Below, in pieces: positions 1-9,145 of a stretch of DNA of 64,000 bases (the stretch's first letter is position 1; each line of letters starts with the position of its first letter). The stretch comes from Candidatus Latescibacterota bacterium. Its GTDB lineage: Bacteria; Latescibacterota; UBA2968; UBA8231. The position numbers were made by a program, and so were the translations under genes. The stretch lies in NCBI GenBank assembly GCA_965248265.1, contig CBDFJF010000001.1:672001-736000 (forward strand), given 5' to 3'. The notes under the pieces were generated by a model. It was given only the letters and a program-made list of their open reading frames with translations. It had not been told where the DNA came from and made no database searches.

Positions 1-537
1 CTCTCTCGCTATCTATGATGCGGGAGACGGCGAAATATAACGCGTATGGGGGACGACCCCGGACTCGTGCGAGAGGTGATTGCACATATCAAGCCTGAAG
101 GAATCACGAATCATCCATCGGGATGGCTTGCGAAAAATGTTCTGAGCGAGTCGTGGGCAGAGAGTGCGAAGCCAGTAGCAATCAGGCTGCCATGGCCTAT
201 CCCCTCGTGGATGGGGTTCTAGACGAATATTGCGCCGTCCTCAAATCGGGGCGACGCTACCCGGGCACTGTCAACTGTCCGGTGCCTTTCATAATGTGTT
301 GAGATCGCTGCGTTGACGGAGATATGACGAGATCTTACCTTGGGATTGCCCTCGTCACTCGCTGCGAGGCTAAACAAAGCGGGCCCCTCTGAGCCGAGCG
401 GAGGTAAAACTTCTCGGCAACACCAAAGGCGAGGAGCAGGTCAGACGCGAGAACCGCGGCGGGCCGATTCCTCGCCTTTTGTTTTTCCAGCAAAGCGAGC
501 ATCAGTCTATCAGTGAGATGCCCGCACCAGTGGCAAC

Positions 538-1887
538 TCACTCCTCTCGTGGCACCATCCGCATTGGCATGAGTACGGCCTTGTGTCGCCGTTCGGCGAC
601 GTCGAAGTGGATCGGAGGGCGATCGTCCTCGAGATGAATCCGTAGTTGATCTCCCGCAACTGCTAGTGCTGCCACGATCGTTTTCAGGAAGTCGTGGTTG
701 ACGCCCACCCGAAAGGTGCCTGCCTCGAGACCGGTTACCTGGATGGGGCAGCCCACCGAGTACGCCCACTCCGGTCCTTCGATATTCAGGACGTGTGATT
801 CCCCTTCGATTTGGGAGAAACCCTGGTCACGGTTGGTGCGAAGCATCAGCTTCTGCTCTTGACTCGACACCACGAGTTCCACGAGGGGATTGTATTGCCA
901 GCCTGGAGCGCTCTCAGCCGGATGTCTCTGTCTCAGATAAGGCTCGACAGCCTCCACGCACGACATTAGGTCCGCGCTCCCGACGACCGCGCAGATCGGA
1001 CCGGGTTCGCCCACCGCCTTCTCATACTGCACGTAGGGACCAGGGATCGCAGGAAAAGTCGCGCTGAAACCATCGGGGGTCTGCAACGTGGCCTTGTCCT
1101 CGTCGAGTATCAACGTGGCTGTCTCCGCCTCTGGGACGGTGTCGGTGCGCAGGGCACCGAGCATCGCCGGGGCCGCCAGCGTCTCCAGGCCGACACTCGA
1201 CCAGTTGAGAAGACGTGAACCATCGGTGGCTATCACCCTTCCTCCGGCGTCTAGACAGACGGCTTGGAGAATGGGGCGATTCGGATCGTCGCTCCGGAAG
1301 CCGGTGACGTGACGCAGGCCGGCCAGATCGGCGGCGTTGAGCTCGAATCTTTGGGTGCAGCTGGATTCCGACATCGCGATAATCTCCTTTTCCAGACGTA
1401 ATCGGGCTTTCTGCAATCGGCTACGGACGGTGTCCGCTCTCAAGTCCAGCAGAACTGCCGTTTGTCGATACGAATAACCCTTGAGGTAGTGGTGGACGAT
1501 CACCTCCCGGTGGGCCCCGCTTAGCCGGCTCAGAGCAGCTCGCACGAGGCCACGGATCTGTTGCTCTTCCGGTTCATCGCGAGGTACAGCCCCAAACCGC
1601 TCGAGCAAGTCCAGCTGCGCGAGACGACGCCGATGCCACATACGGACCTTGTTGTCCGCAATCGAGCAGAGCCAGGCGCCAAAGCTCTCGGGATCGCAAA
1701 GGGTCTCCAACCGCTGAAAGGCAGCTACGAACGCTTCCTGCAGGACATCCTCGGCTGCCTCTCTGGAACCCAGCTTCCGGGTGATTCGAGCCTGGAGCCA
1801 CGGCGTGTGCTCCTCGACGAGCTTGCCAAACGCCGCGGGGTCACCGGCTGCCGCTGCGCTCACAATGCGTTTTTCATTCCGGTTCAT
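538..1887 (-). CDS. ECF sigma-70 factor fused to a C-terminal DNA polymerase III beta (sliding clamp)-like region
   Basis: Sigma2 (AEDVLQEAF, FGAWL) and sigma4 (TVRSRLQKAR) motifs. These are followed by clamp-like motifs DDPNRPIL..V, ATDGSRL, GPYVQYEKAV, GVNHDFL and a terminal VLMPMR. Likely start is ATG 1887 (MNRNEK). Confidence 0.85.
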   Translation of the reverse strand: MNRNEKRIVSAAAAGDPAAFGKLVEEHTPWLQARITRKLGSREAAEDVLQEAFVAAFQRLETLCDPESFGAWLCSIADNKVRMWHRRRLAQLDLLERFGAVPRDEPEEQQIRGLVRAALSRLSGAHREVIVHHYLKGYSYRQTAVLLDLRADTVRSRLQKARLRLEKEIIAMSESSCTQRFELNAADLAGLRHVTGFRSDDPNRPILQAVCLDAGGRVIATDGSRLLNWSSVGLETLAAPAMLGALRTDTVPEAETATLILDEDKATLQTPDGFSATFPAIPGPYVQYEKAVGEPGPICAVVGSADLMSCVEAVEPYLRQRHPAESAPGWQYNPLVELVVSSQEQKLMLRTNRDQGFSQIEGESHVLNIEGPEWAYSVGCPIQVTGLEAGTFRVGVNHDFLKTIVAALAVAGDQLRIHLEDDRPPIHFDVAERRHKAVLMPMRMVPREE

Positions 1888-2013
1888 GATCACTATATAG
1901 TTGCATCTCGGCGGTGGAAGTATCCCAGATGTAAAACCCAAAGCAGCAAACACGCGAGTTTTAGCCTCTCACCCTTCTGGGTGCAAATCCGCGTTACTTA
2001 GTACCGTCTTCCG

Positions 2014-3717
2014 GTGTCTTTCTCAATGGAACCTATGACTGTGCCCGATCAAACAGACGCTTCACTTGCACGCGCCGCCTCAACGGGGGACCTGGTCGCC
2101 TTTGAGCAGCTCATCCGACGGCACCAGGACAACCTCTACAGGCAGGCTATCAGTTATCTCGGCTGTTTCGCAGACTCCCAGGATGCCGTCCAGGACGCTC
2201 TCTGCGGCGCTTTCGAGCGGCTTCCCTCCCTGCGCGATCCGGAAAAAGTGGCATCATGGCTCCGCACGCTCGTGCGCAACCGATGCCTCAATATCCTCCG
2301 GGCTCGCCAACGACGGAACAAGGCCGAGGCCCTGGCTGAGGCGGCCCCTGTTCCTTCACTGAAGGACACGGAACCTGTGGACGAAACGGTGGTTCATCTG
2401 CTTTGCTTGCTGCCGAAAGCGTCTGCAACCGCCTTCCGGTTGCACTACATGGAAGGCCGGACCGTGGACGACATTGCCAGGACGCTGGAGACCACGCCGG
2501 GCAGTGTAAAGCAACGTCTGTATCGAGCGCGACACCAACTTCGACAGGAGGCGATTGATATGGCCACGACTGATGCAGACCGACTGCCCGATGATTTCCC
2601 AGCCCGGGTCATTGCCCACCTGATAGAATCCGGCCGGTGCGATCGGCTCCATATGCGCTACGACGAGGCCAAGGAGCATCTTCACCATGCCCTCGAGATT
2701 CAACCCGATCATCCTGGGGCCCTGCTCGAGTTGGGTCGGACCTACGGCCCCTTCGGATGGCCTGACGATAATCAGTTCGGCGCGCTGGAAAGAGCCGCTC
2801 GCGTTGCCCCGGATTCACTGGAGGTGACCTGTGAGCTGGCCATCGCCTGCCGGCAGCCCGGACGGGAAGACAGGTTGCAAGCTGCACACAATCGCGCCCT
2901 CGATCTGAGTGAGCATCGCCTGGCCAATCGACCCGATGATATCATGGCCCTCAAGATCCGGGCTCGATTGCTCATCCTGGATAAGGCCTTTGGGGAGGCG
3001 GAACACCTACTACGTAGAGCTGTCGAGCTCAGTTCCTCAGATCAGGAGGCTTGCTTCTGGCTGGCCAGGACACTTGATCACCTGGACCGACGCGCTGAGG
3101 CCCAGCCGCTCTACGAACGGCTCTGCGAGAACGGGGAGGGTACTTTTTGGACGGTTTCAGGGCACCGGCAACGCGCCACCCATCTCGCCTTCCGAGGGGG
3201 TGATATCGAACGGGCAGTCGAGCACATGGAAGAGGTCTGGCGCTTAACCAGGTGGCCGAATGAGGCTATGAACCTGATCTACTTCCTCGGGGCTTGCGAA
3301 CGATTCGACCGCATCCTGGAGTTGTATGAGATGGTCCAGCCGGAACGGCACCATCCGCGAGAACATGCCACTGCGGGCGTCGCCTACGCGCACAGAGGCA
3401 GATTTGAAGAGGCGCAGGCGGCCTGGGAGAGGGTTCTGGAAACAACCGGCAAGACACCGATAAGAGCTGAAGCGTCGCTCCACGTCGCCCGATCTTGTTT
3501 CGAGCTGGGTCAGTCAGACAGAGCCGTGGGACCGCTGGAGATTGGCATGGGTCTGGATCTGACGGACCGCGACGCCCTCGCAGGAAAGCCATCGACGCCC
3601 TTTTGGTCCGTGTGGACTCGGTGGCTGGTAGAGTGCCTAGAGGCGCTGGATTCACATGGCGCTCCGGTCATCCCCCTCCTCGACGGGGTACGTCAGCTGG
3701 CAGAACGGCGATCGTAG
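2014..3717 (+). CDS. ECF sigma-70 factor with C-terminal TPR domain
   Basis: DSQDAVQDAL, SWLRTLVRNRC and SVKQRLYRAR motifs, then helical TPR-like repeats (ALEIQPDHPGALLELG, AEHLLRRAVELS). Start may be ATG 2026 or 2035. Confidence 0.85.
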   Translation: MSFSMEPMTVPDQTDASLARAASTGDLVAFEQLIRRHQDNLYRQAISYLGCFADSQDAVQDALCGAFERLPSLRDPEKVASWLRTLVRNRCLNILRARQRRNKAEALAEAAPVPSLKDTEPVDETVVHLLCLLPKASATAFRLHYMEGRTVDDIARTLETTPGSVKQRLYRARHQLRQEAIDMATTDADRLPDDFPARVIAHLIESGRCDRLHMRYDEAKEHLHHALEIQPDHPGALLELGRTYGPFGWPDDNQFGALERAARVAPDSLEVTCELAIACRQPGREDRLQAAHNRALDLSEHRLANRPDDIMALKIRARLLILDKAFGEAEHLLRRAVELSSSDQEACFWLARTLDHLDRRAEAQPLYERLCENGEGTFWTVSGHRQRATHLAFRGGDIERAVEHMEEVWRLTRWPNEAMNLIYFLGACERFDRILELYEMVQPERHHPREHATAGVAYAHRGRFEEAQAAWERVLETTGKTPIRAEASLHVARSCFELGQSDRAVGPLEIGMGLDLTDRDALAGKPSTPFWSVWTRWLVECLEALDSHGAPVIPLLDGVRQLAERRS

Positions 3718-3846
3718 TCCGCCTAGCCTAGTGACCCACGGATAATGAGGACGATTACCGGTGGGGCCAGACAGAGACCGCGCTTCGAACACTTCACTGT
3801 CGGGGTCCGGTGACAGGGAACTCCCGATAACGCCGGTTAAAATGAA

Positions 3847-4137
3847 TCAGCCGTGTGTTCCGCCAAGAAGCCCGTACAACCAGACTAAGACTCCTAATGC
3901 GAGCATGGCTGCCGGCCAGAGCAGGTTCGATCTCTCGCTTGCGAGCTCTCGGAATGTGGCATTCGTAAAGAAGAGGAAGCCGCTTATCGCGATCACAAAT
4001 CCAGGGATGACGAAAAGAGACATGGCCCAGATGCTAAGGAGCAGCTCTCCAATCCCAACTGGCTCGTATCTCAAGAAATGACCTACACCGAGTACGAGAA
4101 GGACCGAGGCGATGCATGCAATCGCTGCAAGTTTCAT
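3847..4137 (-). CDS. small membrane protein (about 3 TM)
   Basis: 96-aa ORF with three hydrophobic stretches. Confidence 0.55.
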   Translation of the reverse strand: MKLAAIACIASVLLVLGVGHFLRYEPVGIGELLLSIWAMSLFVIPGFVIAISGFLFFTNATFRELASERSNLLWPAAMLALGVLVWLYGLLGGTHG

Positions 4138-4354
4138 GGATTACCTTAGCGCAGAGCTTAGATCGATTGTGGATTGGACACCATAGACCAACGATAATGC
4201 CATTTTTAGGGAGTCAACGAATGGCCGAAACATCCATTGAAGCGTCTTTAACGTTCAACGGTATTGGAAATACTGTCGAGCTAGCGTGGGCAGTTTGCCC
4301 AAGGCCAAGCCGCCTCAAGGGGCGCAGCGAAAACCGTTTGTCAGGCGCTGACAG

Positions 4355-4645
4355 CTAATCTCTTCCGAAGAGCCGTTTTGTGATCAATTCGACCGCGTAT
4401 CCGATTCCGCCGCATACACAGAAGATTAAGCCGTGTACAACCATGCCGCCCAAGATCACAACCCAAATGGGCTCTGTGAACATCAGCCCAGGATCTCCTC
4501 CAAAAAGCCCAAGCTTGGTAAGCTTGCCCTGGTTGAACAGAAACCACAACGCGAACAGGAAGAGCGCGACTATTGCTCCGGTGTGGCCGTCGCGTCTTAG
4601 CATACTGGCCTCTCCCGAGAACGAGACAGTGGGCGGCGGCCACAA
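4355..4645 (-). CDS. small membrane protein
   Basis: Two hydrophobic segments; start uncertain. Confidence 0.4.
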   Translation of the reverse strand: MWPPPTVSFSGEASMLRRDGHTGAIVALFLFALWFLFNQGKLTKLGLFGGDPGLMFTEPIWVVILGGMVVHGLIFCVCGGIGYAVELITKRLFGRD

Positions 4646-4818
4646 GGGGCATCCAAATCACCCAATAATACAGAAGCGTTCGAGGTGGGCCTGTTTCTTC
4701 TAAATCCGTTAACCACTAGGACTGAGATCAAATGGACCCTGACATGCGCAACTTCGTCCTCACTAATGGAACACCACATAGGACAGTGTAAAGTAACGAT
4801 AATTCCGATTAAAAGGAG

Positions 4819-5184
4819 TCAGCTGGTGGAACCGCCTCGTTGAAGTTTGACGGAATACTTGGTAACCCAAACGATGGCTGCTCCAATCACCATTAGGACG
4901 ACTCCTGGTGAAGCATCCACCAACTTGCTTTCAAAGTTTCCAATGTTTGCCGTCCACGAAACGGAACCGGTTGCGCCACCGACAGATAAGTAAAGGCCAC
5001 CCAGGATGCAGCCCACACCGACGATCAATCCAGCTATCGAGTAAATCAATTCGTTGCGGAGACCTTTCTTGATGATCTCATCTGAGAATTCGCCAGCCAA
5101 CGGGGACCTCCAAGTGTGATGGGGGACTTCAAGCATAAAGTACGATAATCCGTCAAACCCATAGGAGATGACCTGATGGCACAA
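4819..5184 (-). CDS. hypothetical 2-TM membrane protein
   Basis: Two TM helices flank a Gly-rich loop (KLVDASPGVVLMVIG). The true start is probably further downstream. Confidence 0.55.
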   Translation of the reverse strand: MCHQVISYGFDGLSYFMLEVPHHTWRSPLAGEFSDEIIKKGLRNELIYSIAGLIVGVGCILGGLYLSVGGATGSVSWTANIGNFESKLVDASPGVVLMVIGAAIVWVTKYSVKLQRGGSTS

Positions 5185-5349
5185 GGAGAGTTCACGAAAG
5201 AGGAAGCGGACGAGACGTTGGCGGCGGAGATGTATGGCGGGTTAAGCAAGGCGCGACAGGCTGAGTACTTCGGCCACTTGAGCGACATCGCGCTCTTCAT
5301 CGGTGCCGCAAAGAAGGTGGCACCGGAACCGCCCGTTGAGTCACGATAA
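5176..5349 (+). CDS. small hypothetical protein (57 aa), not in the supplied ORF track
   Basis: AGGAGA Shine-Dalgarno, ATG 5176, MAQGEFTKEEADETLAAEMYGGLSKARQAEYFGHLSDIALFIGAAKKVAPEPPVESR, TAA 5347-5349. Confidence 0.55.
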   Translation: MAQGEFTKEEADETLAAEMYGGLSKARQAEYFGHLSDIALFIGAAKKVAPEPPVESR

Positions 5350-5366
5350 TATCTCTACTGAAGAGT

Positions 5367-5870
5367 CTACTTGTGCGGTTCACACGAGATGTCTTTGCCC
5401 ATGAGCGGAGCTTCGCAACGGATGATCTGGGGGATGGAGACCCTGATCACGGTGATGGCATCGAGCTCCTCGGTTGTACCTGGCGGCCAATCCGGACTAT
5501 GGTCACCAACATGTGTAAAGAAGTAGCTTAGGCGGCTTACCTTGCTCAACCCAGCTGGTTCACCCGTCACCGAGGACACAAATAGTTCGTCTTTGATGAG
5601 CCCGACGAGGTTTCGACAATGACCTTCTGGGTCTTTCTTGACCTCGCCGTAGTCAACTGCCAGGATGACCAGCTTGTCGTTATGCGTGTAACGGACTTTG
5701 GTCTTAACGGAGCTCACAAAGGTGTGCTGTAGATGCTGTTCAACTCGAAGTATGCCCAGATCCCACAGCGAAACAGGCTCATCCATCAACCAGGCGACTG
5801 CGGGCGTATTGGGCTTGGGGTGGGCGTGGACAATACTGGCGGCGATACAAAGCAGGAACACAAGTCGCAT
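5367..5870 (-). CDS. secreted hypothetical protein (paralog of 27015-27629)
   Basis: Signal peptide MRLVFLLCIAASIVHA, GGAG RBS and an LMDEPVSLWDLG motif shared with the paralog. Confidence 0.7.
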   Translation of the reverse strand: MRLVFLLCIAASIVHAHPKPNTPAVAWLMDEPVSLWDLGILRVEQHLQHTFVSSVKTKVRYTHNDKLVILAVDYGEVKKDPEGHCRNLVGLIKDELFVSSVTGEPAGLSKVSRLSYFFTHVGDHSPDWPPGTTEELDAITVIRVSIPQIIRCEAPLMGKDISCEPHK

Positions 5871-6126
5871 AACGGACTCCTCCCATTTGGATACTGAGAA
5901 TATCGGACTCCTACAGTCGCCAAGCGAGTTGACTCACGATAACCCTCGTTAAAAGGAGTCCACCGTCTCTTGTGTGGGGCTGTGGGGTTGCGCCCGCCTT
6001 CCACTTGATACAGGCCGAATCGCGAAATCTGACGACATGGTGACCGTCAGTTGCTCAGGACGATGGTCATGCGGGCCTTGTCATATCGTCCCCATGCTTC
6101 GTACAAAACTGCGAGGTTGTTTGGGC

Positions 6127-6612
6127 TCATTCCCACCATCGCACTTCGCGGCGGCCCCCTGACCTCTTCATTGCCAAAGCCCGCTCGCGAAGCGGCTCGG
6201 CTTCGGCATGCCGTCCCTGAGCCTCGTACACGAGCGCTAACTTCCTCACGCTCAGCTCTAATCGGGGATCCGTCAGATCCAGAGCCTTGTCACGGATTGC
6301 CAATGCTCGTTTGAACAAAGGCTCAGCCTTCTCGTATCTGGCATTCCTCATGTGGCAGTCCGCCATATCACTCAAGATGGTGGCCACTTCGGGATGCTTC
6401 ACACCAAAGGATTCCTCCACGATAGATAAGGCCCGCAAGTGTAGAGCCTCCGCCACCTCGTCCTTGCCCCCATCTAAATGCTGACATGCCTTCGTGTTCA
6501 TCGCCCTTGCCGAACTGAGACTTTCCAGATTGTCCTCGGTGCTACAGGACGAGTAGCATATGCTCAGTATGGCGCAAAGGGTTAGGTCCAAAGTGCTTGG
6601 TCTCATGATCAA
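6127..6612 (-). CDS. TPR (kinesin-light-chain type) lipoprotein
   Basis: HPEVATILSDMA, YEKAEPLFKRALAI and QGRHAEAEPL..RAL repeats; N-terminal hydrophobic segment plus Cys. Confidence 0.8.
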   Translation of the reverse strand: MIMRPSTLDLTLCAILSICYSSCSTEDNLESLSSARAMNTKACQHLDGGKDEVAEALHLRALSIVEESFGVKHPEVATILSDMADCHMRNARYEKAEPLFKRALAIRDKALDLTDPRLELSVRKLALVYEAQGRHAEAEPLRERALAMKRSGGRREVRWWE

Positions 6613-6718
6613 ATCCTGGCTGTGCCTGTTCTGTTCGATGCCAGCGACCCGCGTTGTCTCAATCCGATGGTCATTCTGGATTCAGGCGATCATCTGATCC
6701 TCGGCATGCGTGCTGTAA

Positions 6719-7903
6719 TCAGCACTGCCGCCCAACGGCAGTGCGATCCAAGCGCCACACGTCGCCCGGACTCCACTTAGTCTCAGTGTGGTGAGTGAAG
6801 TCGTGCTTGGTCAGCTCTGCCTGCTCCGCCGAAATGGTTATTGCATTTCCCGCTGCGAGGAATAGCGCATCGTCGTGGACGTGAATGGCGCACGCGTGGC
6901 GCTGGCTCCAGGGTGTGTCCGGGAGCTCCTGCCAATGCTCACCGTCCGCAGAATACCACACGTCGTTGCGATTACCGTCGGTCGCAACCTCATCTGGGTG
7001 GTCCGCTACCCCCCGGTGCCCCCCTAGCACCCAGAGCTTGCCATCCCACGCCGCGGTATCGTGGTACGAGCGCCCTGGCCAGGAAGCCTTCCCCTCGGCC
7101 AGATGACAGGTCCATTCGCGACCGTCTGCCGACGACCACACATCGTTGTGGAAGGTGCGCGTCTTCAGTCTTGGCTGCTGCGCGAAGTCCAATCGCAGTG
7201 AGCTCAACATGATCCCGCCCGCCCCAACGTATCCGCCACCCAGGATCCACATGCGACCGTCGAGAACTGGCACGCCACCATTGGCGCCGGTGATCATACC
7301 CCTGGGGGCCCATGGTGCGTTGTCCGTCACCAGCTCCCAGCTCAGGCCATCCTTTGTCCGCCAGACGTCGTGCAACGTCGGAGGCGCCGGCGGAAAGGGC
7401 TTGCCAGCCTTCAAGTGAGCCGCGAAATCGGTCAGGCCGGCTCCACCGGTCTGACCACCCATGACCCAGATTGACCCGTCGAAGACGGTGACCAACTGGC
7501 TGCCGCGCTCGTGCCAGGGTACCGTCGCCGCGACGAGCTCCCAATTCAGGCCGTCCTTCGACTTCCACACGTCGTCGTCCGTACCGCTCTCGGCCCCGAC
7601 GACCCAGATGTGATCGTCGTGCACGACCCCCCCTTGCATGTGCCTGCTGCTCCACGGCGCAGTGGCCGCCAGCGACCAGCTACCGCCATCATCATCCGAG
7701 CACCACACCTCCGAGCACACGTCCGACTCAAATGAGCCAGCGCCACCCCCGGCGAGGTCGGGCCTGTCGCTTGCGTACTGGTTCCAGCCACCCAGTAAGA
7801 AGAGCTTGCCCTGGAAGGAGACAAGCTGTGCCCCGTCGCGAGGCGACCATGGAACCTCCGAGCTCACACAGCTCCAGCTGAACGCGTCAGTCAGATCATT
7901 CAT
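6719..7903 (-). CDS. Kelch-repeat beta-propeller protein
   Basis: Repeated W.PR...V.DGK.WVLGG...NDVW.S.DG..W units. Confidence 0.85.
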   Translation of the reverse strand: MNDLTDAFSWSCVSSEVPWSPRDGAQLVSFQGKLFLLGGWNQYASDRPDLAGGGAGSFESDVCSEVWCSDDDGGSWSLAATAPWSSRHMQGGVVHDDHIWVVGAESGTDDDVWKSKDGLNWELVAATVPWHERGSQLVTVFDGSIWVMGGQTGGAGLTDFAAHLKAGKPFPPAPPTLHDVWRTKDGLSWELVTDNAPWAPRGMITGANGGVPVLDGRMWILGGGYVGAGGIMLSSLRLDFAQQPRLKTRTFHNDVWSSADGREWTCHLAEGKASWPGRSYHDTAAWDGKLWVLGGHRGVADHPDEVATDGNRNDVWYSADGEHWQELPDTPWSQRHACAIHVHDDALFLAAGNAITISAEQAELTKHDFTHHTETKWSPGDVWRLDRTAVGRQC

Positions 7904-8026
7904 GATAATATGGCCACGATCTTACCGCGCACGTGACGTCCCTCCAATCGTGCCGGCCCTCCGGGATCTGCTCCAGAGAAAATGAATGACGACCACCGAC
8001 ATGTCGATGCTGGGGCGCTCATCGTT

Positions 8027-8217
8027 GTCCTGATCTGATTCCCGCTTGATCGATGGCGATCATCTGTTCGTTGGCCCCTTGCTTCAACGTACCTGTCTGA
8101 TGATGCCCCACGCAACTACAAAATGGCAGTCGGTACCCGTACTTCTACGGGTATCACGGCAGTCGTGAAGATGATATATTGGGCTTCGGATACAGGGGGT
8201 GTCAGCCTCTGGATGCT
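8027..8217 (+). promoter_or_regulatory. conserved upstream region of the Fis-like HTH gene with a palindromic operator candidate
   Basis: Homologous to 52752-52925. Contains the palindrome TACCCGTA-CTTC-TACGGGTA (8134-8153) and a TGATATATT extended -10-like box. Confidence 0.45.
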
Positions 8218-8394
8218 ATGCAGAAAATTAACCGCGAATCAGTCGAGAGAGCGGCAAGGCTCTACAAGACGAACACAGAAGCCAGCCTGGCCCTGGGAAT
8301 GCATCCAACTGCGTTTGGTAGAGCGTGCAGGAAGTATGACATCGAAACACCTGGTGCCAGGAAACTCAGAGTGAGAAAGCGGGCATCGGAGTAG
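8218..8394 (+). CDS. small Fis-like helix-turn-helix protein
   Basis: MQKINRESVERAARLYKTNTEASLALGMHPTAFGRACRKYDIETP; near-identical paralog at 52926. Confidence 0.75.
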   Translation: MQKINRESVERAARLYKTNTEASLALGMHPTAFGRACRKYDIETPGARKLRVRKRASE

Positions 8395-8420
8395 CAGGAC
8401 GATGGACAGTGCCCTAGACA

Positions 8421-8894
8421 GTGAAAATTGAGAGACGCCCAGTGACCGAAGCAACGCTGACAAGAGCAGTACTTGACAGCAACATTTGGGATGAACTCGA
8501 GATGGATGCAGAGGCCCGAGAGCGAACCCAGTCGTTGTGCGATGCTGGCGAGCTTGAGATCTTGGTTCCAGCCACGTTACTGAGGGAACTGAACGACAGT
8601 CCATTCGACGGCGTGCCCACCTGGTTTCCTACAACGATAGTCTCCGATAGCGTCTTCGTTCTTGACCACTCTCGCCTCGATGGTACCGCGCGACTGGGAG
8701 AGGGCGAAATCTTCGCAGCTCATCGAGGCGAATCGCAAAACACAGCGGATGCGATCATTGTCGACGCTGCAGATTCAGATGCTGATGTGTTCGTGTCGGA
8801 GGACAGGCGCGCGCGCTTCCGTTACGAGAGACTTCGCGACCGTGGTCGCGCACTAGACTTTAACCGATTTCGTGCGGAAGTTCTGGGGCTTTGA
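8421..8894 (+). CDS. PIN-domain-like protein
   Basis: N-terminal VLDSN and C-terminal DAII...ADVFVSEDRR acidic motifs typical of the PIN fold. Confidence 0.6.
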   Translation: MKIERRPVTEATLTRAVLDSNIWDELEMDAEARERTQSLCDAGELEILVPATLLRELNDSPFDGVPTWFPTTIVSDSVFVLDHSRLDGTARLGEGEIFAAHRGESQNTADAIIVDAADSDADVFVSEDRRARFRYERLRDRGRALDFNRFRAEVLGL

Positions 8895-9145
8895 GCGGAC
8901 TACGTGCAGCAGCGCGGTTAAGGTTGAAACGACCCGCGGATTTCCAGTCTGCGGGCACAGGATGGGTGTTCCCAGATCGTGTACGCGAATCCGCACATAG
9001 GGCAGAGTAAGCCATGAAGGTGAGGCTCACCTGTACACTCCAGATAGACGCACGCTTTCAAGTCAAGTAATCCGGTCATTGTGATGAAGATGGGGCAACC
9101 GCTGCCGCCAAGTTACCCGTAAGACATTAACTGGTCGCCACTGCT

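Noticed and set aside
1-330. Possible gene end at the window start
   Set aside because: No recognisable motif in any frame, so a call cannot be supported.
4250-4350. Possible attC site between small membrane genes
   Set aside because: GTTGAAC is present, but there is no matching complementary R'' box or coherent stem, and no IntI-type integrase.
6685-8067. 12-bp direct repeat GGCGATCATCTG flanking the Kelch gene
   Set aside because: Too short and without further context to separate from chance.
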